A stretch of 64,000 bases of DNA from an uncultured bacterium (GCA_965368975.1 CBDUPA010000001.1:96001-160000); one strand, 5' to 3'. Numbered from the stretch's first letter, positions 22,401 to 32,161 are shown. Notes: generated by a model not told the origin, from the letters alone. Made by a program: numbers and translations.

Positions 22401-25400
22401 TGAGGGTCACAAGGACCAGCGGTTGGTCGCCTACGTGCAGCCGGAAGGCCTGCCGGCCGAGCGCTTCGACGCCGCACCGGTGCTGGTACAGCTGCGCGAG
22501 CGCCTGCCCGAGTACATGGTGCCGTCGCAGCTGATCGCCCTCGACGCCTGGCCGCTGACCGCCAACGGCAAGCTCGATCGCAAGGCGTTGATGCAGCGGC
22601 CCCTACCCAGGCAAGAGGCGGCGTCGGCGTCGGACCAGACGGCAAGCCCCGCCGGGCACCCGAGCGGCGTGCCGGAAGACCTGGAAGCGAGCATCACCGC
22701 TATCTGGCGCGACGTGCTGGGTGTCGACAAGATCGGTGCCGAGCAGAGCTTCTTCGACCTCGGCGGTCACTCGTTGTTGCTGGCGCAGGTGCAGGCGCGC
22801 CTGCTCGAAGACCTGGGACGCGAGCTACCCCTGGTCGAGCTCTTCCAGCACCCGACGGTGCGCTCGTTGGCCCGTCACCTCAGTCCGCGCGGTGCCGAGG
22901 CCGTGCAGGCGCGCGTCAGCCGGCGCGGCGACGAGGACGCCGATGTCGCGGTGATTGGCGTCGCCGGTCGCTTCCCGGGTGCCGCCGATGTCGACCAGCT
23001 GTGGCACAACCTCGAGCAGGCGGTCGAGAGCATCGCCTTCTTCGAGCGCGACGAGGTGGAGGAAAGCCCTTTCGGCTTCGGCGACCCCGACAACCCGAAC
23101 TTCGTGCTTGCCGGCGGCCTGCTCGACGACCCCGATCTCTTCGACGCCGACTTCTTCGGCTACACACCGCGCGAGGCGCAGCTGCTCGATCCGCAGCAGC
23201 GCCTGTTCCTGGAAGCGTGCTGGCAGCTGCTGGAGCGTGCCGGCATCGACCCCGCGCGCTTCGCCGGCCGCGTCGGCGTCTTCGGCGGCACCGGGATCAG
23301 CGCCTACTTCAGCTACAACTTGATGAGCCGGCCCGACATCGTCGCCTCGGCCGGTGCCTTCCAGTTGTTGACCTCGTCGGACAAGGATTTCCTGCCCACG
23401 CGTGTGTCCTACAAGTTCAACCTGCGCGGACCGGCGGTCAACGTCCAGACCGCCTGCTCGACCTCCCTGGTCGCCGCGCACCTGGCCTATGAAAGTCTGC
23501 TGCGCGGCGAGTGCGACGTCGCCCTGGCCGGTGGTGTCAGTCTGCGCGTGCCGCAGCGCACCGGCTACCTCTATCAGCCCGGCATGATCCTGTCGCCGGA
23601 CGGTCACTGCCGCGCCTTCGACGCCGATGCCGCCGGCACGATCTTGGGCAGCGGCGTGGCGGTACTGGCCTTCAAGCGGCTGTCGGCGGCGCTCGCGGAT
23701 GGTGACCCCGTGCTGGCGGTGATCAAGGGTTCGGCGATCAACAACGACGGCTCGGACAAGGTTGGTTTCACCGCTCCCAGCGTCGACGGCCAGACCCAGG
23801 TGATCACCGACGCCCTGGCCAATGCCGGCGTCGACGCGCGTTCGATCGGCTATGTCGAGGCGCACGGCACGGGCACCGACCTGGGCGATCCGATCGAGGT
23901 GGCGGCGCTGACCCAGGCGTACCGCGCGCACACCGACGAGCGCGGCTTCTGTGCCCTCGGCTCGCTGAAGACCAACGTCGGGCACCTGGATACCGCGGCT
24001 GGCGCCGCCAGCTTGATCAAGACGGTGCTCAGCCTGCAGCACGCGGTGATCCCTGCCAGCCTGCACTACCAGCAGCCGAACCCGCAGATCGACTTCGACG
24101 CCAGTCCCTTCTTCGTCGCCGCCGAAACGCGTGCGTGGCCGGCACCGTCCGACGGCACCCCGCGGCGGGCGGGCGTTAGCTCCTTCGGCATCGGTGGCAC
24201 CAACGTCCACATGGTGCTCGAAGAGCCGCCGGCGCGGTCGCCCGGGGGGCAGGGGGCGTCCGGGTCGTCGCGGTCAGCACAGCTGCTCGTGCTGTCGGCC
24301 CGCTCCGACACCGCTCTCGAGGCCGCCACGGAGCGGCTGCACGGCTTCCTCGAAGCGCACCCCGAGGTGCCGTTGGCCGACGTCGCCTGGACGCTGCAGC
24401 ACGGTCGCCATCGCTTCGACTACCGGCGGGCTCTGGTGGTGCACGATCACGAGGACGCGCTGGCGGTGCTCTGCGGCGAGCACGGCAAGCGCCTGATCGG
24501 TCGTCACGACGGGGAGAGCGGCCGGCCCGTCGCCTTCCTGTTCCCTGGGCAGGGCGCCCAGTATCCCGGCATGGGCCGGCAGCTCTACGCGTTGGAAGCT
24601 GCCTACCGCGATGCCGTCGACGCGTGCGCCGAGCTGCTCCAGCCCCACCTGGCGGACACGGACTCCGACGGAGATATTCGCACGCTTCTGATGCCGCCGC
24701 TCGAAGACCTGGCGAGCGAGGCCGCTGAGCGGCTGGCTGCCGATCGCCTGGCTGCTGATCGACTGCGCCAGACACGTTTCGCGCAACCGGCATTGTTCGT
24801 CGTCGAGTACGCACTGGCGCAGCTGTGGCGCAGCTGGGGCATCGAGCCGCGCGCGCTGATCGGGCACTCGATTGGCGAGTATGTCGCCGCTTGCCTGGCC
24901 GGCGTCTTGACGCTGCCCGAGGCTCTGCGCCTGGTGGCGGCGCGCGGCCGCTTGATGCAAGGCCTGCCGGCCGGGGCCATGCTCAGCGTACCGTGCTCGG
25001 AGGCCGACCTGGAGGCGAGGCTGGCGAGTTGGCGCGATCAAGGCCGTCATACCGACGTCTGCGTCGCGACGATCAATGCGCCAGATCTGTGTGTGCTCGC
25101 CGGACCGATTCCGTCGATCGACGCCGTGCAGGCCGATCTGGAGGGCGAAGGTCTGGAAGTGCGCCGCTTGCACACCTCGCACGCCTTCCACTCGGCGATG
25201 ATGGAGCCGGTACTGTCGGCGTTCGGCGCCGAAGTGAAGAAGGCACAGCTGCAGGCGCCACGTCTGCCCTTCGTCTCCAACGTCACCGGCACTTGGATCC
25301 GCGCCGAGGAGGCGACCGATGCGGGCTATTGGGTGCGCCATCTGCGGCACGCGGTGCGCTTCGGCGACGGTGCAGCGCTGCTGCTCGAAGACGAGCGACT

Positions 25401-28400
25401 GGCACTGATCGAAGTCGGTCCCGGGCGGGGGCTGCGTACCCTGCTGCGCCGTCAGCCGGCGTTCCAGCAGTCGGACCCCAAGGAGGCCGGTCGCGTCCTG
25501 GCCGGCTCGCTGCGGGGTCCCAAGGACGAGGCCGCCGATCTCGAGTTCCTCCTGACCGAGCTGAGCCGCCTGTGGCTGGGCGGCGTCGATGTCGACTGGA
25601 GGGCGTTCCGGGGGCAGGAGACCCGGCACTCCGTCATCCTGCCGACCTACCCTTTCGAGCGCAAACGCCACTGGGTCGAACCGGGGGCCGGTCCCCAGCG
25701 GCTCGTGACGGGTGGTGCGACGGATCGACTGCCGCGGCTGGGCGATTGGGTCCACGTGCCGGCCTGGCGGCAGCAGCCACTGGCGGCGCGTGCCGCCGGT
25801 GTCGAGCGCCGGCGCGGTCCCTGGTTGGTGCTAGCCTTCGCCGGCGCTGCGCGCGACGCGTCCACCAAGCTGGCCGAGACGCTGGTGGCGGCCTTGCGGC
25901 GGCATGGTCACGAGGCTGACGTGCGCCTGCTGGAGAGTGCCAGCGTGCAGAGTGCCAGCGTGGACAGTCTTGGTGTGGACGGTATCAGCGCGAGTCCGGA
26001 CGCAGCCACCTGGCGCGCCGAGTTCGACGCAAGGGTCGGCGATGACAGCCTGCCGGCCGGCATTGTCGATCTACGTCCCTTCTGGTCCGCCGACCACCAG
26101 GAAGATGGACCCAAGGCCACCTCTGAGGCCGTTTCCGAGGCGAGCTTCCATGGTCCGCTGCAACTCCTGCAGGCCTTCGCCGGCTGCCTCGGTGAGCGGG
26201 GTACAGAGGCGGACAGCACGGCTCCGGGGCACCTCTACCTGGCGGTCAGCCGTGGCGCGCTGGCGATCGACGAGACCGAGGTGATGGCGGTCGAGCCCGA
26301 GCGCAGTGCGCTGCTCGGTCTGCTCACCGTCACCCAGCAGGAGAATCCGGACCTCGCCTGCCGCTTGCTCGATGTCGGCGCCACGAGCGGTGGCGCACAG
26401 GCGCTGGCCGAGATGCTGGTGCAGGAGCTGGAACGTGGCGACGAACTGGTGGTTGCCCGCCGTGGGCGCAGGGGGCGCTGGCTGCCCTCGCCGCGGTGTC
26501 TGCCCCTGCCGCCCGCCGAGCAGCGACCCGCGCTGCTGCGCGAGCAAGGGGTCTATCTGCTCACCGGCGGTCTGGGTGGTGTCGGCTTGGTGCTGGCGCG
26601 CTACCTGGCCCAGCGGGTCCCAGGCGTTCGCCTGGCACTCCTTGGACGCAGCGGCTTGCCGCCGCGCGCACACTGGGACGCTTTCGAGGCGGAGCACCAG
26701 GCGAACGACCGCCAGAGTCGAGCGATCGAGGCGGTGCGCGAGTTGGAGCAGCAGGGCGCCGAGGTCGAGGTGGTGGTCGCCGATGTGGCTGATCGGCAGG
26801 CGATGGCCGAGGCACTGGCCGCCGTGCGTCGACGTTTCGGGGCTCTCCATGGCGTGATCCATGCAGCGGGCCTGTCCGGGGAAGCTGCCTTCCGGCCCCT
26901 TGGCCAGCTGGACCGTGCTGCCTGTGAAGCGCAGTTCCGGCCCAAGATCACCGGCACGCGGGTGCTCGCCGAGCTCCTGCACGGGGGCTCGACTGCCGAT
27001 CCAGCCGCAGATCCCGCTCCCGACTTCGTCATGGTGACCTCGTCGATCTCCACCGTGCTGGGTGGTATTGGTTTCGCTGCTTACGCCGCTGCCAATCTCG
27101 GGCAAGATGCCCTTGTCCAGGACCAGGAAGCCCAGCAACAAGCCAGAGAAGCGGCGCCAGCGAGCACCACGCGCTGGCTGAGCATCGATTGGGACGCCTG
27201 GAATCTGGAAGCGGTGGCAGGCACGCAGTTGGCGCTGACGCCAGAAGAAGGTCAGGAACTGCTCGACCGCGTGCTGGCGCATGCCAGCAGTGGAGGAGAG
27301 GGGCACGTCGTCATCTCGGTCGGCGCCCTGGCGGCACGCATGCAGCGTTGGTGCACCGTCGAAGAGCTGCGTCGAGCCCGCGACGAACATCGTCGGGAAG
27401 CTGCCTCGGCGGCGTCCGGCGATGGGGACCGGCCGCAACTGGACACCGCCTACGTGGCGCCGCGCAGCGATGCCGAGACGGCCCTGGCGGCGATCTGGAG
27501 CGAGCTGCTGGGCATCGACCGCATCGGCATCCACGATGACTTCTTCGAGCTTGGCGGTCACTCGCTGCTGGTGACCCAGTTGCTGACCCGCATCCGGGAC
27601 CAGCTCGGTGCCGAGCTGGAAATGGCGATGGTCTTCTCGCGCCCGACAGTCGCCGAGCTGGCCGTCAGCCTGGCAGACGAGCTGCCGGCGGGCACGCGTC
27701 AGCTCGAGGCACCACCGATCGTACCGGTGCCGCGCGACCAGCCGCTGCGCTTGTCCTTTGGCCAGGAGCGCTTCTGGTTCCTGCAGCGTCTAGATCCCGA
27801 GAGCATCGCCTACAATCTGCCGGCGGCCATCCGCCTGCTCGGCCGGCTGGACGTGAGGGCACTGCAACTTTCCTTCGACGCCATCGCTTGCCGCCACGAG
27901 ATGCTGCGCACGCGCTTCGTGGAACGAGACGGCAAGCCGTTCCAGCTCGTCGAGCCTCGCCTGCGCTACCCGTTGCCAGTGGTCGACCTCAGTGCTCTCG
28001 AAGCCGCACGCCGTGAGCAGCTGGTCTATGCCCTCGCCTTCCGCTACGCCGACGATCCCTTCGATCTTGCGGCTCTGCCGCTGCTGCGCAACTGCCTGCT
28101 GCGGCTAGCGGTCGGCGAGCACACCTTCCTGACCGTCGGGCATCACATCATCTCCGATGGTTGGTCGGGCATTCTCTTCGTCCAGGAGCTGGGGGAGCAC
28201 TATCGCACCTTCCACGGGAAGCAGTCTGCAGACAGTGGACCTGCCAGCGTCGAGATGCCCGAGGCGTTGCCGTTGCAGTATGGCGATTATGCCGTCTGGC
28301 AGCGCGATTGGTTGCAGGGCGAGGTGCTGCAACAGCAGATCGACTTCTGGTGCCGCCAGCTGGAGCCGCCACCGCCGGCGCTGCGCCTGCCCTACGACCG

Positions 28401-30645
28401 GCCGCGCGTCAGTGGGGAGACGGCGCCCGCCGGGCGACTGTCGACCCGTGTCCAAGCGCCCGTGCTGTCGAAGCTACGCAGCCTGGCGCTGAACTTCTCT
28501 GCACGCGAGGGCGAAGCGCAGGCGCACGGCATCACCTTGTTCATGATCCTGATGGCAGCCTACTTCACGCTGCTGTATCGCTACAGCGGTCAGAGTGACC
28601 TCGCCGTCGGTACTCCGATCGCCAATCGTCACCGCTCCGGGACCGAGGGCCTGGTGGGCTTGTTCATCAATACGCTGGTCTTGCGGTTGCATCTCGACGC
28701 GGCGTCGTCGGATGGTGGTGCGCTTCGGTTCCCGCGCCTGGTCCAGCAGCTGCAGCAGGTCTCGCTCGCCGCCTACGATCAGCAGGACTTGCCGTTCGAC
28801 GAGCTGATCAAGCGACTGCCGGCAGACGGCGGCGAGCGGCGTACGCAGCGATCGCTGTTCACCACCATGCTCGCCTTCAACCACGAGCCGCCGCCGGCTC
28901 TGCAGCTACCGGAGTTGGAGATCGGCCTGGTCGACCTCGATCAGCGGCGTGTCGAAGCGATGTACGACTTCGTCCTCGGCATGACCGACTTCGGCGATCA
29001 TCTCTACGTTTCGGTCGAGTACGATCGCTCGCGCTTCGACGCGACGTCGGCGCAGCGCTTCAGCGAGGCCTACCTGCGCGTGCTGGGAGAGATCGCCACG
29101 GACGCCGAGCGCAGCCTCATCGAATTGCCGGTGCTAGGGGCCGGTGAGCGTCACCAGTTGCTGGTCGAGAACCGGCGCGCAGATGCAGCCTGGGTCGGAC
29201 GCCACCGCGACCGGTTGCCGTCGCAGTGGAGCGGACAAGCCTTGCGAGGCGTCTACGTGCTCGATCCCCAAGCCGGCCTGACGCCCATGGGGGCCGTCGG
29301 TGAGTTGTACGTCGAGGCCGAGGACCAGCCGTCGCTGACGCCGGTACCCGAGGGGCAGCCCGTACGACCCCGCTTCGCACCCGACCTGCAGCTCTGGCCG
29401 ACCGGTGTACGAGTGCAGCGGCGGGCCAGCGGCGAGCTGCAATTGCCTGGCGAAGCCAACTATCCTTTCGTCGACCTCGGCCGGCGCGCTCGCGGCAGTG
29501 CCGACAACGAAGAAGAGCGGCGGCAGGAAGAACAGGCGGCCGATCAAGTGTGGAGCCAGGTCAGCAGCCGGCAGGAGAAGCTCTCAGCCAAGAAGAAGGC
29601 CATGCTCGCAGCCCGCTTGCGCGGTGCCCTGCGCTCCAAGACCGCGAATGCCGAGGCGGCTGGATCGGCACGACCGAAGACCACGGCAGGAGCTTCTGCG
29701 CCGTCCCGCGTGCGCGACCTGGAGGCCGTCAAGGCGGCCCTGGCACGCAAGCGTGCCGCCGCCGCCCAAATGCGCTCAGAGGACTCCCTGCTCCTCAAGA
29801 TCCAGCCGGCCGGAGAGCAGCCGGCCGTAGCCTGTGTACATGCGATCGCCGGTGACGTCACCTGCTATCTGGCGCTGGCCGACCATCTCGGTCGAGACCG
29901 GCCGGTCTACGGTCTGCAAGCTGAGGGTCTCGATGGCAGCCGCCAACCGCTGCGCCGCGTCGAGGACATGGCTGCCCGGTACCTGGACATCCTCCGACGG
30001 GAGCAGCCGGCAGGCCCTTACCTGCTCGTCGGCTGGTCCATGGGTGGGGTCATCGCGCTGGAAATGGCGCAGCAGCTGGGCGCGGCCGGCGAGAACGTGC
30101 CGTTGCTCGTGCTGCTGGAACCGTCTGTACCCGGAATCCAGGTGCCGCTGGACGATACCGGCATCGTCGAGTCGCTGGCTCGTGACCTCGAGAGCGCTCT
30201 CGACCAGCCGCTGGATGTGACCCTCGAGCAGCTGCTGGAGAAAGATCTGGAAACTCAGCTGACCACATTGTTCGAACAGGTCAAGCGCCACGGTCTGCCG
30301 TTCTTCGATTTCGACCGCTCGGCGCTGTCCTCACTCTTCCGCCTCTACAAGGCCAACGTCGCGGCCCTGCAGGACTACCGCCCACAGCCCTACGCCGGCC
30401 GCAGCGCCGTGTTCATCGCCCGCGAGCGGCCGCCGGCCACCGAGCCGGAGCCGTCCGATTTCTGGACCGGGGGGTTACTACAGGATCACCAGCGGGTCGA
30501 CGTCGGCGGCGGCCACACCTCGATGCTGCAAGAGCCGCACGTACGGGATCTGGCGCGCCGTTTGACGCGACTTTTCACCCAGGCGGCCGAGGATCTTGAC
30601 CCTGCAGCCAAGGACGCTGATGCCGCGGAGTCAATTCGTGATTGA
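19462..30645 (+). CDS. Hybrid NRPS-PKS termination protein: C-A(Ser)-PCP-KS-AT(malonyl)-KR-ACP-C-(A remnant)-TE
   Basis: C HHIISDAWS. A code DVWHFSLVDK. PCP LGGHSLL. KS VQTACSTS. AT GHSIG/HAFH. KR TGGLGGVG...YAAAN. Carrier LGGHSLL. Second C HHIISDGWS. TE GWSMGG and GGHTSML. ATGA overlap with the upstream gene. Confidence 0.93.
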   Translation: MSDRPRPEQLSPAEKRELLAKLMRQRDQGGPRFHPLSFAQQRLWFLDRLDPSGRHHRIYQAFQLRGALRPQFLHRALQAIVDRHDSLRTFFVTTAGKPAAAVAPGLRLRLPVLDLHLTTWAKPGDAQQTEEAVLQRALERPFQLDRGPLLRCTLLRCSEDRHLLLVEMHHIISDAWSVGVLLRELAALYDAQVRAATSQQAPAPGLADALPPLRAQYPSYARWQRQRLQGDLLAENLAWWRQQLAALPALLELPLDRPRPPVQSHHGGVLPVHWPAHLYERVRELGRRNGASAFVVLLAAFQAFLGRLTGARDLAVGTPVAGRDRSELEGLIGFFINSLVLRANLQGDSPAGPGFDSFLRRTRDAFLGAFDHSQVPFDRLVEELKPERNLSYHPLYQVDFQLQAEPVPPLELSGLVIEPRFLDAGLTGFDLAVQLEAQPDGSVAGWVQHGTAILDRSTVERWLRGYRTLVESALDTPAGCLFELSVLTAAERHQLVREWNDTETAFEDLFEDPSHGAFVRETLLHRAFEAQAAAVPDAPALTFRGDTWSYRQLDQRANRLAHYLRRLGVRRETRVAVCLERSHELVVALYAVLKAGGAYVPVDPGYPAERLEFLLRDAAAPVLLTQERLLGDLGLEDQGVEGLCLDRDWPRIEQAVDATRAEEPPRVELQPENAAYVIYTSGSTGQPKGAVNRHLSIDNRLAWMQRAYPLDASDVVLQKTPFSFDVSVWEFFWPLRQGARLVMAEPGGHQDPAYLIRTVAAEGVTTMHFVPSMLQLFVDHPRAADANAALRRVFCSGEALPPELVQRFFERVGVRPGQTAIELHNLYGPTEAAVDVTYEPCSPGKIGHSVAIGRPVANTSVVVLDSARRPLPIGVAGELFLGGVQLARGYHRRPSLTAQRFVPDPLATSGPGSRLYATGDETRLLPDGRVEFLGRIDFQVKLRGLRIELGEIEAALRTAEVDGRTLVHEALVLVLDAASGEGHKDQRLVAYVQPEGLPAERFDAAPVLVQLRERLPEYMVPSQLIALDAWPLTANGKLDRKALMQRPLPRQEAASASDQTASPAGHPSGVPEDLEASITAIWRDVLGVDKIGAEQSFFDLGGHSLLLAQVQARLLEDLGRELPLVELFQHPTVRSLARHLSPRGAEAVQARVSRRGDEDADVAVIGVAGRFPGAADVDQLWHNLEQAVESIAFFERDEVEESPFGFGDPDNPNFVLAGGLLDDPDLFDADFFGYTPREAQLLDPQQRLFLEACWQLLERAGIDPARFAGRVGVFGGTGISAYFSYNLMSRPDIVASAGAFQLLTSSDKDFLPTRVSYKFNLRGPAVNVQTACSTSLVAAHLAYESLLRGECDVALAGGVSLRVPQRTGYLYQPGMILSPDGHCRAFDADAAGTILGSGVAVLAFKRLSAALADGDPVLAVIKGSAINNDGSDKVGFTAPSVDGQTQVITDALANAGVDARSIGYVEAHGTGTDLGDPIEVAALTQAYRAHTDERGFCALGSLKTNVGHLDTAAGAASLIKTVLSLQHAVIPASLHYQQPNPQIDFDASPFFVAAETRAWPAPSDGTPRRAGVSSFGIGGTNVHMVLEEPPARSPGGQGASGSSRSAQLLVLSARSDTALEAATERLHGFLEAHPEVPLADVAWTLQHGRHRFDYRRALVVHDHEDALAVLCGEHGKRLIGRHDGESGRPVAFLFPGQGAQYPGMGRQLYALEAAYRDAVDACAELLQPHLADTDSDGDIRTLLMPPLEDLASEAAERLAADRLAADRLRQTRFAQPALFVVEYALAQLWRSWGIEPRALIGHSIGEYVAACLAGVLTLPEALRLVAARGRLMQGLPAGAMLSVPCSEADLEARLASWRDQGRHTDVCVATINAPDLCVLAGPIPSIDAVQADLEGEGLEVRRLHTSHAFHSAMMEPVLSAFGAEVKKAQLQAPRLPFVSNVTGTWIRAEEATDAGYWVRHLRHAVRFGDGAALLLEDERLALIEVGPGRGLRTLLRRQPAFQQSDPKEAGRVLAGSLRGPKDEAADLEFLLTELSRLWLGGVDVDWRAFRGQETRHSVILPTYPFERKRHWVEPGAGPQRLVTGGATDRLPRLGDWVHVPAWRQQPLAARAAGVERRRGPWLVLAFAGAARDASTKLAETLVAALRRHGHEADVRLLESASVQSASVDSLGVDGISASPDAATWRAEFDARVGDDSLPAGIVDLRPFWSADHQEDGPKATSEAVSEASFHGPLQLLQAFAGCLGERGTEADSTAPGHLYLAVSRGALAIDETEVMAVEPERSALLGLLTVTQQENPDLACRLLDVGATSGGAQALAEMLVQELERGDELVVARRGRRGRWLPSPRCLPLPPAEQRPALLREQGVYLLTGGLGGVGLVLARYLAQRVPGVRLALLGRSGLPPRAHWDAFEAEHQANDRQSRAIEAVRELEQQGAEVEVVVADVADRQAMAEALAAVRRRFGALHGVIHAAGLSGEAAFRPLGQLDRAACEAQFRPKITGTRVLAELLHGGSTADPAADPAPDFVMVTSSISTVLGGIGFAAYAAANLGQDALVQDQEAQQQAREAAPASTTRWLSIDWDAWNLEAVAGTQLALTPEEGQELLDRVLAHASSGGEGHVVISVGALAARMQRWCTVEELRRARDEHRREAASAASGDGDRPQLDTAYVAPRSDAETALAAIWSELLGIDRIGIHDDFFELGGHSLLVTQLLTRIRDQLGAELEMAMVFSRPTVAELAVSLADELPAGTRQLEAPPIVPVPRDQPLRLSFGQERFWFLQRLDPESIAYNLPAAIRLLGRLDVRALQLSFDAIACRHEMLRTRFVERDGKPFQLVEPRLRYPLPVVDLSALEAARREQLVYALAFRYADDPFDLAALPLLRNCLLRLAVGEHTFLTVGHHIISDGWSGILFVQELGEHYRTFHGKQSADSGPASVEMPEALPLQYGDYAVWQRDWLQGEVLQQQIDFWCRQLEPPPPALRLPYDRPRVSGETAPAGRLSTRVQAPVLSKLRSLALNFSAREGEAQAHGITLFMILMAAYFTLLYRYSGQSDLAVGTPIANRHRSGTEGLVGLFINTLVLRLHLDAASSDGGALRFPRLVQQLQQVSLAAYDQQDLPFDELIKRLPADGGERRTQRSLFTTMLAFNHEPPPALQLPELEIGLVDLDQRRVEAMYDFVLGMTDFGDHLYVSVEYDRSRFDATSAQRFSEAYLRVLGEIATDAERSLIELPVLGAGERHQLLVENRRADAAWVGRHRDRLPSQWSGQALRGVYVLDPQAGLTPMGAVGELYVEAEDQPSLTPVPEGQPVRPRFAPDLQLWPTGVRVQRRASGELQLPGEANYPFVDLGRRARGSADNEEERRQEEQAADQVWSQVSSRQEKLSAKKKAMLAARLRGALRSKTANAEAAGSARPKTTAGASAPSRVRDLEAVKAALARKRAAAAQMRSEDSLLLKIQPAGEQPAVACVHAIAGDVTCYLALADHLGRDRPVYGLQAEGLDGSRQPLRRVEDMAARYLDILRREQPAGPYLLVGWSMGGVIALEMAQQLGAAGENVPLLVLLEPSVPGIQVPLDDTGIVESLARDLESALDQPLDVTLEQLLEKDLETQLTTLFEQVKRHGLPFFDFDRSALSSLFRLYKANVAALQDYRPQPYAGRSAVFIARERPPATEPEPSDFWTGGLLQDHQRVDVGGGHTSMLQEPHVRDLARRLTRLFTQAAEDLDPAAKDADAAESIRD

Positions 30646-30766
30646 TCGCACAAGAGGCGCCCCGACACGGCGGCGCAAGCGGCTGCGATCGCGGGCTCTT
30701 CAGCTCGACTCTCTCCAGTGCTGTGGTATACACTGTCGTTGTTCCACAGACGAAAGGAGAGACGTT

Positions 30767-32083
30767 ATGTTAGATGGGAGTGTACGTGGGAGCATAACTG
30801 TCGTGGTTCTGATTGGCCTTCTGGTCTGGGCGCCGTGCGCCTGGGCAGAAGAGCTCGGAACCATCGACACGGCTGCCTACCTCGCTAGTCAGAGTCCGCT
30901 TCTAAGTGTAGCTTCCGACGACGGAGGTTCCGGTTCCGATGCCGCCAGCTATTGGGAAGACCACTTCTCGTTGCACGGCTACCTGACCACGGCCTACGCG
31001 GATGCCAGTTTCGACGACAACGCAACGGGTCCGTCATCCGAGGAAGTCATCATCGGTATCCCCGAGGATGGCACCTGGGAGTATCGTATCGCCGCCTTGC
31101 AGTTGCGCTACGATCCGCACCCCAAGCACACCTTCCTGGTGCAGCTGGCGCATCGCAAATTCGACGACAGTCCGCTGGAGACCGCGGACGACGACATCAA
31201 CCTGGACTGGGCCTTTTACCAGTACCGCTTCACCGATCACAGCTCGTTGCGTCTCGGTCGCTTCGCGGTGCCTCAGGGCATCTTCAACGAGATCCGCGAC
31301 GTGGGTGTGATCCTGCCGTTCTTCCGCCCGTCCTACAACTTCTACCGTGAAGGTGGTTTCGTCAGCGAGACCATCGACGGCATCAGCCTGTCGCACCAGT
31401 TCAACTCCGATGGCGACTGGAGTCTGGATGCCGACGTCTACTACGGCGAGTACACCCTGCTCGAGCAGGGCACGAACCTGGCCGGTGACCAGGAAGCCGA
31501 AGAAGTGGACGTCGAGGATGCCTACGGTTTCCAGGTGTGGCTCAACACCCCGGTTCCTGGGTTGCGCTTTGGTGGTGGCTACCAAGAGTACACGGTCATC
31601 GGTTCGCTCAACGGCGGCAGCGACCTCAACCTCGCTGACTCCGACTGGGAGACGTGGTTGGTGTCGGCCGACGGCAACTTTGATCGCTGGGTGGCACGTG
31701 CCGAGTTCAAGCGCATCAAGTTCCCGATCAACAACCCCTCCTTCCCAGACGGTGAGGCGGAAATCGATGCCTACTACTTCCAGCTAGGCTTCCACATCAC
31801 GCCGCAGCTCAGCATCTACGCCCAGTCGGAATACAGCGACGGGCGGCAGAGCGCTCCCATCCTGTTCGAGGATGAGGACTTCAACCAACGCCAGGACGAC
31901 GGCATTTCTTTGGTCTACGCTTTCCGGCCCGACATCGTGCTGAAGGCCGAGTATCACGAGACGTCGTACGACTTGGGAAGCGCCGCGCTCGTCTTCCCGC
32001 CGACCGGTGGCTTCCTGGTAGATATCATCCTCGAGGAGCTCGAGAGCGAGTACAGCATCATCAGCCTGTCGCTGAGCTTCTGA
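30767..32083 (+). CDS. Outer-membrane beta-barrel / porin-like protein
   Basis: RBS AAAGGAGA before ATG 30767. Signal peptide (...LLVWAPCAWA-EE). Alternating aromatic/hydrophobic strands (LDWAFYQYRF, YYFQLGFHI). Ends in ISLSLSF with terminal Phe. Confidence 0.75.
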   Translation: MLDGSVRGSITVVVLIGLLVWAPCAWAEELGTIDTAAYLASQSPLLSVASDDGGSGSDAASYWEDHFSLHGYLTTAYADASFDDNATGPSSEEVIIGIPEDGTWEYRIAALQLRYDPHPKHTFLVQLAHRKFDDSPLETADDDINLDWAFYQYRFTDHSSLRLGRFAVPQGIFNEIRDVGVILPFFRPSYNFYREGGFVSETIDGISLSHQFNSDGDWSLDADVYYGEYTLLEQGTNLAGDQEAEEVDVEDAYGFQVWLNTPVPGLRFGGGYQEYTVIGSLNGGSDLNLADSDWETWLVSADGNFDRWVARAEFKRIKFPINNPSFPDGEAEIDAYYFQLGFHITPQLSIYAQSEYSDGRQSAPILFEDEDFNQRQDDGISLVYAFRPDIVLKAEYHETSYDLGSAALVFPPTGGFLVDIILEELESEYSIISLSLSF

Positions 32084-32121
32084 GTCGGTTCCCGCTTCGC
32101 GGGCTTGCCGAGCAAGGTCAG

Positions 32122-32161
32122 CGCGGAGGTCACCCTAGGGTGTCCTCCGCGTTTGTCGTTT
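32122..32161 (+). terminator. Probable intrinsic terminator after the porin gene
   Basis: CGCGGAGG-T-CACCCTAGGGTG-T-CCTCCGCG hairpin followed by TTTGTCGTTT. Confidence 0.6.

Noticed and set aside
22591-22610. GCCCCTACCCAG matching the end of the intergenic REP
   Set aside because: Only 12 nt and no hairpin. Could be chance in GC-rich DNA.
30705-30749. Possible sigma70 promoter (TCGACT-18-TACACT) and CTGTGG/CCACAG inverted repeat
   Set aside because: Matches too weak to call without TSS data.
30596-30766. N-terminal extension of the porin ORF in the track; similar extensions at 37015, 38183, 49366 and 57187
   Set aside because: Some extensions overlap neighbouring genes or REPs. RBS position, signal peptides and family motifs favour the later starts.
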